Positions 29,596-38,508 of a stretch of 64,000 nucleotides of DNA are shown here, piece after piece. Under the pieces are notes generated by a model, which made no database searches, was not told where the DNA came from, and saw only the letters and a program-made list of their open reading frames with translations. Source of the stretch: an uncultured Chloroflexia bacterium (GTDB taxonomy: Bacteria; Chloroflexota; Anaerolineae; Anaerolineales; UBA11858); contig CAVVUX010000003.1 of assembly GCA_963751575.1 (NCBI GenBank), forward strand, positions 401,358 through 465,357. The letters are read 5' to 3'. The first letter of the stretch is position 1, and the number at the start of each line of letters is the position of its first letter. Made by a program: the position numbers and the translations under genes.

Positions 29596-32136
29596 TTACC
29601 AGCTGCGAAGTTGGGCTCCGAGCTCTTTTTCCAGGCGCTTGACAATCTTATTGCGGATCGCCAGGACTTCCTTATCTGTCAAAGTTTTTTCAGCATCCTG
29701 ATAAACCAGGCTGTAAGCCAGGCTTTTCTTGCCCTCACCCAGCTGATCCCCGCGGTAAAGATCAAACAACCTGACCTCGCGCAGGATTTTCCCCCCTGTT
29801 TGCAGGATCAGTTTTTCTACATCCTGGGCCGGAACTTGATCATCGACAACCAATGCCAGGTCTTCCAGAACGGGAGGTGGTAGTGGGATCGGTTCGACGT
29901 CATGAAATTGATTGACCTGTTCTAACAAGACCTCCAGATCGAGCACAGCTGCGGCTACCGGTTTCGCGGACAATTTATAATTTTTCTTCACCAGGGGATG
30001 GATCTCACCCAGGATTCCCAGAACAATCGCGCCTTTTTCCAATCTGGCAGTTTTTCCAGGATGAAATCCTGGAGAGGTGCCTGGCTGATATGAGAACCCG
30101 GTTACATGCAGATCAGCCAGCAGCGCTTCAGTCAATCCCTTCAAATCAAAATAATCCATATCTTCCCGGGATGGGTTTTGCCAGGATGCATGAGTCCTTG
30201 AGCCTGAAATACAGATCACTAATTTTTGTTTTTCCAGGACTCCCAACCCATCCTCGGCTGGATAGAACTCTGGCCCAAGCTCGAAGAGAGCAATCCTGTC
30301 CCGGTTGCGGTGGTTTTTTTCAACGGTTTCCAGAGCGCTGGCAAGCATGCTCCTGCGCAAAGACTTCTTATCTGAACTGATCGGGTTGGCGATTTCAAGA
30401 TATGCTTGGGGTTGAGCCTGATCAGCTGGAGGCAGAGCTTTTAATTCCGCTTCCGGGGAAGTCATCCTGTAGGTCACAATTTCCTGCAGACCCAATCCCG
30501 CCAACCTGTCGCGGATCTTTTCTTCAAGATCCAGGTTGTGGTTGCCGACCTGATCAGGCAGTCCGTCGGCAAGATTGGTCTCTGGTATCCGGTCATAACC
30601 ATAGATCCGGGCAATTTCCTCCATCAGATCTGCTTTTCCGATCATACCGACGCCAATATCAAGCCGATGGGGAGGTGTTTTTACAATAAGGTGATCCCCT
30701 TTCACCTTGACTTCAAATTCAAGTTTTTCAAGCAGCTGTTTGATCTCATCTGGAGTGAGTGTAATACCCAGCCAACGCTGAATATCTGCTGATGATAGAT
30801 TTACAATCGGATCAACCGGTGGAAGCGGATACTCATCTACCAATCCCCGGGCTACCGTACCACCTGACCATTTTCGAATCCATTCCAGTCCGCGCGACAC
30901 CCCTTGGGGAGCAAGTTCTGGATGAACTCCTCTCTCAAACCGATAGGCTGCCTCTGATGGCAGGGCCTGCGAAGAAACTGTTTGACGGACATTGACGTAG
31001 TTCCAGGAAGCCCCTTCCAGGAGGACTGTCCTGGTCTCTGGGCCTACCTCCGATTCTGATCCTCCCATTACACCTGCCAGTGACAACGGACCCGCCTGAT
31101 CGGTAACCAGGATCGTAAATTCATCCAATTTCCGTTCAATTCCATCCAGGGTGACCAGGGTCTCACCTTTTTTCGCGCGCCTGGTGCCAATCACTGGGGC
31201 TTTTCCACCTGCCCGTTTCACCAGAACATCATAATCAAACGCATGGAGGGGTTCACCGATCTCCAGCATGGTGTAATTTGTAGCATCTACCAGGGAATCG
31301 ATCGGCCGCACACCAGCCAGTTTTAATCTCAATTGGACCCAGTAGGGACTGGGCTTTTTCTCTACATTTTCGATTAGACCCAGCACGAATCGGGGATTAT
31401 CTTTCGGATCCGCAATCTGGATGGATACCTTACCCTTGATCGGTTCACCTTCCATGACCGTCTCGATGGTGGGTTTTTTAAGCTTGAGATCTGTAAGCGC
31501 AGCTACTTCGCGGGCTACGCCAAGGATGCTGGCTGCCCGGGCCAGATTGGGAGTGATAGCGATGTCAAGCACTACATCTCCCATATACTCAACCAGAGCT
31601 TGACCTGTTGGCGCTTCGACATCAAGCATGATAATTCCTTCATGCTCTTCTGAAATTCCCAGCTCACGTTCAGAACAAGCCATGGAGTAAGATTCTACTC
31701 CGCGGATCTTTTTGCGCTTCAGAGTGGTTAAAACAGTCTCACTGCTCGTGTCATAGGCATCAATAATCGTTGCACCCTCGCGGGCATAGGCGACTTTCAA
31801 CGGCGGATCCAATTCTCCCTTACCCTTGAAGGGGAATAGGTTGGAAGCGCCAGTCAGCACAGTATGCTCCTTGATTCCGTCATTTAAACGGCAAAGAACC
31901 AGGCGGTCTGCGTCGGGATGCGGCATAACTTCCCTCACCTCGCCAACTACAATTTCATCTGGATGCCAGGCATTCCCGCTGATCTTGGTTTTCTGACCTT
32001 CTTCGCCCGGTAGTGGAAGTCCAACATATCGAATTTCTTCCACCTCAAGCCCGGCCAGGGTGAGCCTGTATGCCAGGTCCTCGATCGGCAGATCAATGTC
32101 TACATATTCTTTCAGCCATGATATGGGTACTTTCAT
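29596..32136 (-). CDS. pheT: Phenylalanine-tRNA ligase beta subunit
   Basis: 846 aa. N-terminus MKVPISWLKEYVDI, then tRNA-binding, B3/4, B5 and FDX-ACB regions in the expected order. Confidence 0.93.
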   Translation of the reverse strand: MKVPISWLKEYVDIDLPIEDLAYRLTLAGLEVEEIRYVGLPLPGEEGQKTKISGNAWHPDEIVVGEVREVMPHPDADRLVLCRLNDGIKEHTVLTGASNLFPFKGKGELDPPLKVAYAREGATIIDAYDTSSETVLTTLKRKKIRGVESYSMACSERELGISEEHEGIIMLDVEAPTGQALVEYMGDVVLDIAITPNLARAASILGVAREVAALTDLKLKKPTIETVMEGEPIKGKVSIQIADPKDNPRFVLGLIENVEKKPSPYWVQLRLKLAGVRPIDSLVDATNYTMLEIGEPLHAFDYDVLVKRAGGKAPVIGTRRAKKGETLVTLDGIERKLDEFTILVTDQAGPLSLAGVMGGSESEVGPETRTVLLEGASWNYVNVRQTVSSQALPSEAAYRFERGVHPELAPQGVSRGLEWIRKWSGGTVARGLVDEYPLPPVDPIVNLSSADIQRWLGITLTPDEIKQLLEKLEFEVKVKGDHLIVKTPPHRLDIGVGMIGKADLMEEIARIYGYDRIPETNLADGLPDQVGNHNLDLEEKIRDRLAGLGLQEIVTYRMTSPEAELKALPPADQAQPQAYLEIANPISSDKKSLRRSMLASALETVEKNHRNRDRIALFELGPEFYPAEDGLGVLEKQKLVICISGSRTHASWQNPSREDMDYFDLKGLTEALLADLHVTGFSYQPGTSPGFHPGKTARLEKGAIVLGILGEIHPLVKKNYKLSAKPVAAAVLDLEVLLEQVNQFHDVEPIPLPPPVLEDLALVVDDQVPAQDVEKLILQTGGKILREVRLFDLYRGDQLGEGKKSLAYSLVYQDAEKTLTDKEVLAIRNKIVKRLEKELGAQLRSW

Positions 32137-32185
32137 CTTGAATTTCCTTTCATAATGATCCTCTTAAAAGCCATTCAGGGGATGA

Positions 32186-33247
32186 CTAAAACTGATCGAG
32201 GAATCTCAGGTCATTAGCCCAGAAGTAACGGATATCTTCAATATGGTGCCGCATCATTGCTATACGTTCCGTTCCCATCCCAAAAGCAAAACCTGAATAG
32301 ATTTCTGGATCGAACCCACCGTTCTCCAGTACCGTCGGGTGAACCATACCACAGCCCAGGATCTCCAGCCAACCAGCGTTCTTGCACACAGAACAGCCTT
32401 CACCACCACACAGGAAACAACCAACATCCATTTCAGCACTGGGTTCTGTAAATGGGAAATGGGATGCCCTGAACCGTGTTTTTGCATTCTGACCAAATAA
32501 TCTGCGGGCAAAGTTGCTTAAAGTTCCTTTTAAATCCTTGAAGGTTATCCCTTTCCCAACCGCCAATCCCTCAACCTGATTGAACTGAATTTCAGAACGG
32601 GCATTGATCGGCTCATACCTGTAGCACATCCCGGGGAGAATGATCCTGATCGGAGGAGGATCCTCAGGATATTTTCCTATATGTTCCCGCATAGCATGGA
32701 TCTGACCGGGCGACGTGTGGGTCCTCAGCATCAACGGATCATCACCACGATCTTGAGAAGTTTTCAAGAAAAAAGTGTCCTGCATATCACGGGCGGGATG
32801 ATGAGGTGGAAAATTCAGAAGTTGGAAGTTTGTCAAATCCGACTCAACTTCCCGGGATCGGTAAATCTGAAAACCCATATCACCAAAAACTCGGTATATC
32901 TCCCGCAAGGTTTGATTGGCCGGATGGATAGTTCCCTTGACAGTGCGGCGTCCGGGCAGAGTAACATCAATCTTTTCCTCTTCCAGCGCCTGGAAAATGA
33001 AATGTTGATCTAAAAACTCCCCTTTCTGGCTTAAAGCAGTTTCCAGGGCTTCTTTGACCAGGTTGGCATTTTTCCCAACCTGGGGTTTTTCTGCTTTGGA
33101 AAGGGTTCCCAGGCTTTTAAAAACTTCCATGATAGCAGAGCTGCGGCCTAAATATTTTACTTTCCAGGTTTCCAAATCTGGTTTATCAGTAATTTTTTCC
33201 AGGGCATCCAGAGCTTCCTGCTGAATCCTTTCTAAACTTTCTCCCAT
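32186..33247 (-). CDS. pheS: Phenylalanine-tRNA ligase alpha subunit
   Basis: 353 aa with class II motifs (HPARDMQDTF, FRASHFPFTEPSAEMDV, GFAFGMGTERIAM). Confidence 0.93.
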   Translation of the reverse strand: MGESLERIQQEALDALEKITDKPDLETWKVKYLGRSSAIMEVFKSLGTLSKAEKPQVGKNANLVKEALETALSQKGEFLDQHFIFQALEEEKIDVTLPGRRTVKGTIHPANQTLREIYRVFGDMGFQIYRSREVESDLTNFQLLNFPPHHPARDMQDTFFLKTSQDRGDDPLMLRTHTSPGQIHAMREHIGKYPEDPPPIRIILPGMCYRYEPINARSEIQFNQVEGLAVGKGITFKDLKGTLSNFARRLFGQNAKTRFRASHFPFTEPSAEMDVGCFLCGGEGCSVCKNAGWLEILGCGMVHPTVLENGGFDPEIYSGFAFGMGTERIAMMRHHIEDIRYFWANDLRFLDQF

Positions 33248-33275
33248 AACTCCTCCTCAGACATACTCTCGGGGT

Positions 33276-33575
33276 AAAAAAAATTCCCATCCCACAAAGG
33301 GACGGGAATTACCCGCGGTACCACCCAATTTAGCCTTATTCGGCTCTCTTGATGCCAACAGCAAATCTGATTATATTTGCGATTGGTTCCCCGGCTAACG
33401 AAGGGGGTTCGGCTCAAACTACTCGGATGATCCTTTCCCTTGAGCACTCAGGAGTGAACTTCAGCTGGAAGAACATCTGCTACGGGATCTCAATCACTGT
33501 CCCGTATTCCCTGTCAGCATCAACCAGATTACTTTTCTCCGTCCGCGTTTTAAATTATTCCAGACCGACGATGTT
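33276..33575 (-). promoter_or_regulatory. T-box leader (tRNA-Phe-sensing riboswitch) with terminator, controlling pheST
   Basis: The minus strand contains the canonical T-box AAATTGGGTGGTACCGCGG (33312-33331). This is followed by the hairpin AATTCCCGTCCC-tttgt-GGGATGGGAATT plus U8 (33276-33310). Upstream are GGAGAAAAGTA stem I elements and a candidate specifier GAAG-UUC-A (UUC at 33456-33458). Confidence 0.85.
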
Positions 33576-33581
33576 CTCTAC

Positions 33582-33609
33582 ATTATGGTCAAAAAAACTG
33601 TTCTGTCAA
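33582..33609 (-). promoter_or_regulatory. Sigma-70-type promoter for the pheST T-box leader
   Basis: Minus strand TTGACA (33609-33604), 16-nt spacer, CATAAT (33587-33582). Confidence 0.5.
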
Positions 33610-33634
33610 GTCCTAAATCTATCTTCACTCCAAA

Positions 33635-34300
33635 TTAGTTGAAAATTTCATCCAGAGGAGGATCCTGGGGATTGTTCTGGTTGAAATCTGAATAGCCAAA
33701 CACAAACGATGCTAGCCTGGCAACCAATTGGAGGAGTTCCAAGTCAAACTCTGTAAAATGATCTTCGGATAGAGTGTTCACTACTTCCATTACTCCCAAA
33801 ACCTGGTCATCCAGGACCAAGGGTACAGCCATCAGGCTTTGAGTATGAAATCCAATCGATTGGTCGACTGCAGAAATCCAGCGATCGTCTTTCCTGACAT
33901 TTTTGACCAGGGCTGGTTTTTGATGGTTACGGACCCACCCGGCTACCCCTGAATTGGCAGGAATTCTGAAATCAGTCAGCTCATCCCTGCGGTCGCCAAC
34001 AACTGCGATAAAAACCAATTCATCATTCTCTTCATCCAGAAGCAGAATGGAGCCATTCTCAGAATCAACGGCTTCCAGCGCGATTCCGAGGATATTCATA
34101 ACCATTTTCAGGATCTCGGTCGAGTTTGAAAACGCTTCTTCATCATAGCGAAAGGCGTTCAGGGATTTGATTACTCTCCAGAGGCGGTCATTTTGTCCCT
34201 TAAGCTCATAATTAGAGTTCTTAAGGTCAGAGATTTCTTCTTTTAATGATTTGAGCAGCTGAGGTTCAACCATCACTAATATCCTCCGGGAAGGATCCAC
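33635..34300 (-). CDS. GAF-domain protein with N-terminal coiled coil
   Basis: 221 aa. GAF-like core ...NGSILLLDEENDELVFIAVVGD...IPANSGVAGWV...SLMAVPL.... Confidence 0.7.
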   Translation of the reverse strand: MDPSRRILVMVEPQLLKSLKEEISDLKNSNYELKGQNDRLWRVIKSLNAFRYDEEAFSNSTEILKMVMNILGIALEAVDSENGSILLLDEENDELVFIAVVGDRRDELTDFRIPANSGVAGWVRNHQKPALVKNVRKDDRWISAVDQSIGFHTQSLMAVPLVLDDQVLGVMEVVNTLSEDHFTEFDLELLQLVARLASFVFGYSDFNQNNPQDPPLDEIFN

Positions 34301-34402
34301 AAAAAGATCTATTCGTAAAATACTCTTGATAATTATACAGTCAAAAAACGAAAATAGAGATTTTGGGCGGACGTTCGACAGAAACGTTTATAATCTACAC
34401 AT

Positions 34403-35293
34403 ATGAATAATAAAAAACCTTCCAGGAATATCCTGGCTCTTCTGTTCTTGCTACTTGTTATTGTCAATGCTTGCAGCGGTGGTGGGCAGACTGAAACCGG
34501 GACAGCAACACCTATTCTTCCTACAAGAACCCCATTTCCACCTTCGCCGACTCCAATACCCACTGCAGCAATCGTAAATGGCGATCTGATCAGTCTGGAA
34601 AATTTTCAGGAGGAACTGGCTCGCTACAAGGCAGCCGTAAATCGGGATCTGACCGAGGAAGATCAACTGCTAGTCATAACTGACCTGATCAACCTGACCT
34701 TATTGGCACAGGCAGCAAAATCTGATGGCTACCAGATCTCTGACGAGGATCTTGATCTGAGAATCGCCAATCTGGATACCGAAGAAAAACCTCTGGCAGA
34801 TTGGCTTGCCACCTATGGATTCACTGAGGAAAGCTTCCGGACCCATCTCAGCAGGTCCCTGGAGGCGGCCTGGATGCGGGATCAGATCATTTCGGATGTT
34901 GAACTGGAAATTGAACAGGTCCATGCCCAGCAGATGCTGTTCTACAACCTGACCGCAGCAGAAATCACTCAGGAAGAATTGAACGATGGCAAGGATTTTG
35001 GCCAACTTGCCAGCATTAATGATCCACAAACCCAGGGGGATCTCGGGTGGTTCCCTGAGGGATACTTGACGATCCGGGAACTGGATCCGATCATTTTCAG
35101 CCTCGAAATCGGCGAAACTAGTGCTATTATTGAAACAGAAATAGGTTATCATATCATCAAAGTCCTCGATAAAGAGGAAAACAGGCCCATCGACCCGGCA
35201 ATTCGACAGATCCTCCAAGAAAAGGCGCTCGATGACTGGCTCGAACGTCGTTGGAAATTGAGTACAATTGAGATTACACTGCCTTCTTATTAG
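34403..35293 (+). CDS. Peptidyl-prolyl isomerase lipoprotein (PrsA/SurA-like parvulin)
   Basis: 296 aa with lipobox VNAC SGG, a PT-rich linker, SurA-like helices and a parvulin core (GDLGWFPEGYL...GYHIIKVL). Confidence 0.8.
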   Translation: MNNKKPSRNILALLFLLLVIVNACSGGGQTETGTATPILPTRTPFPPSPTPIPTAAIVNGDLISLENFQEELARYKAAVNRDLTEEDQLLVITDLINLTLLAQAAKSDGYQISDEDLDLRIANLDTEEKPLADWLATYGFTEESFRTHLSRSLEAAWMRDQIISDVELEIEQVHAQQMLFYNLTAAEITQEELNDGKDFGQLASINDPQTQGDLGWFPEGYLTIRELDPIIFSLEIGETSAIIETEIGYHIIKVLDKEENRPIDPAIRQILQEKALDDWLERRWKLSTIEITLPSY

Positions 35294-35311
35294 GCTCCCG
35301 GGAGAATTTTT

Positions 35312-36085
35312 ATGTCAGATCCGCTGGATGATTTCTTTGATGAACCTGAATTCGTAGAGGAAACCCCTGCTCCTGCTCCCCCGCGGCGTAAAAAGAGGAA
35401 ACCAGGAAGCTTTCTAAACTTCCTTTCGGGAATATTTGTCTCTGGAACAGTGGTTGTTGCGCTGCTGTTTGCGATCATATTTATTAACCCGCAAAGCAGT
35501 CTGAATCCACTGCCGCCGACAACTATCCCTGCTTTGGTACTCACCCACACCCCCAGCCCGACGCCCAAGGCCGTCTTACCCCCAACCTGGACTCCAACCT
35601 CATCACCTACTGTCACGGCAACTGAAACTCCAATGCCGACAGATACACCAATCCCAACTCCGGAAAATTCTCCCGTCCCGACCGCCGATCTCGAGAGCGG
35701 AACAACTTTCGGCATGCAAAGTGGTTCTCCGACCTACGAGATCAATGTATTCCACCCCGACTCGGGCTGCGATTGGCTGGGCGTTGCTGGTCAAATATTT
35801 GATAACGATGGGCTGCCAGTTAGTGGAATTCTGATTGAAGCAGGGGGTACTATCAACGGCCAAGCAGTCACTGGTCTGACCCTATCGGGGATGGCTCCTG
35901 ATTACGGTGAGGGTGGATATGAACTTACGCTCAGTAACTCACCGGCTTCCTCCAATGGTGAAGTCTGGATCCAGCTGCTGGACCAGGCGAATTTACCCCT
36001 CTCAGAGGAAATCTACTTCCAAACTTTTGACAGCTGTGATTCGAATTTGGTGAAGATCAATTTTGAGCAGACATCAGCAGAATAA
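35312..36085 (+). CDS. Hypothetical membrane-anchored protein with Pro/Thr linker
   Basis: 257 aa with one TM helix, a long PT linker and an unassigned C-terminal domain. Confidence 0.6.
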   Translation: MSDPLDDFFDEPEFVEETPAPAPPRRKKRKPGSFLNFLSGIFVSGTVVVALLFAIIFINPQSSLNPLPPTTIPALVLTHTPSPTPKAVLPPTWTPTSSPTVTATETPMPTDTPIPTPENSPVPTADLESGTTFGMQSGSPTYEINVFHPDSGCDWLGVAGQIFDNDGLPVSGILIEAGGTINGQAVTGLTLSGMAPDYGEGGYELTLSNSPASSNGEVWIQLLDQANLPLSEEIYFQTFDSCDSNLVKINFEQTSAE

Positions 36086-36103
36086 GATCAGGACCTGCAA
36101 ATT

Positions 36104-36140
36104 TAAAAAAAAACCGGGGAGACAACTACCCCGGTTTTTC
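36104..36140. terminator. Bidirectional intrinsic terminator
   Basis: A9-CCGGGG-agacaacta-CCCCGG-T5, between the convergent genes ending at 36085 (+) and 36144 (-). Confidence 0.8.
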
Positions 36141-36143
36141 TGT

Positions 36144-36749
36144 TCAATCAGAAAATATTCTTTTAGATTGGTTTTTAATCAACACAATTGCTTTATCTAT
36201 CAATAACCTGTTTTCATCAATTTGGTGCCAGCGGCTGGCACCGGAAGAATGCGGCAGGGGTATGATCTGACGACCTTCAACTTCAAGCTGGGTGCCAATG
36301 ATATCCATTAACTTTAGATTCTTTGGATAAAAAAGATTGATCGCCAGACGCCCAACAGGAATGATCACCTGCGGATTCACCAGGTTGATCTCTTGATCCA
36401 GAAAGACCCGGCAGAATTCCTGCTCAATCTTGCCCGGCACCCTATCACCGTTTCCTGAGGGCTGCCGGCCCGGGTAACACTTTGTAACTGATGACATATA
36501 CTGGGTAGTTCTGAACCAGTTTTCTTCTAATCCTGCCTGTCCCAGCCACCCGAACAAGCGTGTTCCACTTCCAGCGTTAAATGGACGTTGGGCTTCCTGC
36601 TCAGTAATTCCCGGTGCTTGACCGATAGTCATGAAGTCAGCTGACGCACTGCCAGAGAATACTGCTGGCGGATAGATCTCGAATCCCGCATCCAAACACA
36701 AGCGGCATTTTTTCATTTTTGCCTGAATTTCTTGGAGTGTTTCTACCAC
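36144..36749 (-). CDS. Uracil-DNA glycosylase superfamily protein
   Basis: 201 aa. GQAPG motif A and HSSGASRW motif B. Subfamily not assigned. Confidence 0.75.
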   Translation of the reverse strand: MVETLQEIQAKMKKCRLCLDAGFEIYPPAVFSGSASADFMTIGQAPGITEQEAQRPFNAGSGTRLFGWLGQAGLEENWFRTTQYMSSVTKCYPGRQPSGNGDRVPGKIEQEFCRVFLDQEINLVNPQVIIPVGRLAINLFYPKNLKLMDIIGTQLEVEGRQIIPLPHSSGASRWHQIDENRLLIDKAIVLIKNQSKRIFSD

Positions 36750-36773
36750 GACATCTATCTCCCGGGGATTAGA

Positions 36774-37631
36774 TTAATATTTTTCGCCGCTCTTTTTACT
36801 CCAGGTACTTTGAAGAAATTGAGCATCCTCCTCAAGATTGGGGCTTTCACATAATATTCTGCCCCCAGCGCTTACCTGGATCAGAGCCTGGAATAAAGCA
36901 TCGATATCAAAATCTGACTCGCTGATAACCAAATGGTTTTGTTCGCCCTTGTCGCTATATTCAATTCCCGAGAGGTGGCAGTGCAGTCTTTTCAGGCTTT
37001 TCTTTCCAAGTGCATTCTGATAGGTTTTAAATACTTCAAGCCACTCAGGCAGTGAGTTGACAGTTCCATCACCCGGCCTGGCGTGTAAATGTGCAAAATC
37101 CAGGCAGGGCTCAACCCCTTCGATTTTACTCATCTCCAGGGTATCTTCCAATGATCCAAGCATTGCCCCTTTACCCATTGTTTCCGGGCGCAGAATAACT
37201 GGATTATCCTCAGCTCTGAGTTCCGAAACACAATCATCCAGGCGTGGAAGAGCAACTTTTAATACCTGGTCAGGAGGTCTGCCAAAATAGGATCCGGGGT
37301 GGAAAACGATGTCAGTGGCGCCAGAGATATAACCTGCCCGGGCAGAATCCATCAATCTTTTCCGAGATTTTGGCCATTCTTCAGCATCGGCGTTGAGATT
37401 GATGTAATAGGGTGCGTGAACACTCAAAGCAACATCCTGCTCAGCTCCAGCTTCCAGGATGCTCTGGGCCGTGGATTCAGAAACCCGGACTGAGCGCACC
37501 CATCCCAGCTCCATGGCTTTTAATCCCAGCTCAGCGAGGTAATAGATTCCCCCAACGCTTCCACCGGGTTTATTGGGTTTGTTTTTTGGAGTCCCAACGG
37601 TACCAAAACGAAAAGACTGCTGATCCATCAA
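36774..37631 (-). CDS. Endonuclease IV-like TIM-barrel protein (AP endonuclease family 2)
   Basis: 285 aa. SVHAPYYINL, HPGSY, PETMGKGAMLGS and CLDFAHLHA resemble Nfo metal-ligand motifs. Confidence 0.7.
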   Translation of the reverse strand: MMDQQSFRFGTVGTPKNKPNKPGGSVGGIYYLAELGLKAMELGWVRSVRVSESTAQSILEAGAEQDVALSVHAPYYINLNADAEEWPKSRKRLMDSARAGYISGATDIVFHPGSYFGRPPDQVLKVALPRLDDCVSELRAEDNPVILRPETMGKGAMLGSLEDTLEMSKIEGVEPCLDFAHLHARPGDGTVNSLPEWLEVFKTYQNALGKKSLKRLHCHLSGIEYSDKGEQNHLVISESDFDIDALFQALIQVSAGGRILCESPNLEEDAQFLQSTWSKKSGEKY

Positions 37632-37652
37632 ATGCCTCCACCAATAATTATT

Positions 37653-38042
37653 TTATTTAAAAAGATCTTCAACAACAGATACTAATTTCGGTCCAAAGAT
37701 CAGAATACCAACCAGAATTGATAATAAGGCAGTGATCAAAACTGCTCCCGCGCTGATATCTTTGATGACCTTCCCACCCTGGCTGTGCTCCGGACTGACC
37801 ATATCAACTAACACTTCCATGGCTGTGTTGAAGATCTCCGCTGTCCAGACGAGTCCGATGACAACGAGCAAAGCAGTCCATTCCAGGCTGGTAAGTCTTA
37901 ACAAGATTGCCAGAATAAGAACAACCAGACTGATAACTGCATGGATCCTGGCGTTTTGCTGAGAGATCAGGACATGCTTGATTCCATCCAGTGCGATCCG
38001 GATGGATCTTATCCGGGATTGCAGGTAATTATTATCTCTCAT
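37653..38042 (-). CDS. dgkA: Diacylglycerol/undecaprenol kinase (DgkA family)
   Basis: Start placed at the ATG at 38042, which forms an ATGA overlap with the ybeY stop. Motif EIFNTAMEVLVD...KDISAGAVL. 3 TM helices. Confidence 0.85.
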   Translation of the reverse strand: MRDNNYLQSRIRSIRIALDGIKHVLISQQNARIHAVISLVVLILAILLRLTSLEWTALLVVIGLVWTAEIFNTAMEVLVDMVSPEHSQGGKVIKDISAGAVLITALLSILVGILIFGPKLVSVVEDLFK

Positions 38043-38494
38043 ATATCCTCGATCTGAATAGAAATGCCAAGTCTGACCAGGACATCTTCTTGCCGGGACC
38101 ACATTTTTTCCTTATTCTCCTCCGTATCGTGGTCATAGCCCAGCAAATGCAAAACTCCATGAATAACCAGCAACTGGAGCTCTTCAACGGCCGTATGGCC
38201 TCGATCTTTTGCCTGTTTTTTGGCCTGGGGGAAAGATATGACAACATCCCCCAGGTAGCGGGAACCTGAATCCGGATCAACAAAATCTGCCCCAAAAGAT
38301 AACACATCAGTTGGCTTGCCAATGCCCCTGAATCGAAGGTTTAGATCTTTCAGCTCGCCATCATTTGTGATTCTGACAGACAGGCTTGGCGAATCTGTAA
38401 TACCGCTGATCTTCAGGACTTCTGCAGCGGCTGCGCAGAGCACCTGGTCAGATATTAATCCTTGATATGGGTCCTGAATCACTATGGAAATCAC
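38039..38494 (-). CDS. ybeY: rRNA maturation endoribonuclease YbeY
   Basis: 151 aa with the zinc motif HGVLHLLGYDH. Confidence 0.92.
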   Translation of the reverse strand: MISIVIQDPYQGLISDQVLCAAAAEVLKISGITDSPSLSVRITNDGELKDLNLRFRGIGKPTDVLSFGADFVDPDSGSRYLGDVVISFPQAKKQAKDRGHTAVEELQLLVIHGVLHLLGYDHDTEENKEKMWSRQEDVLVRLGISIQIEDI

Positions 38495-38508
38495 TGCAGG
38501 TTCAACCC

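Noticed and set aside
35290-35715. 141-aa minus-strand ORF with GVGIGVSVGIGVSV repeats
   Set aside because: It is the antisense mirror of the Pro/Thr linker of the gene at 35312-36085, not an independent gene.
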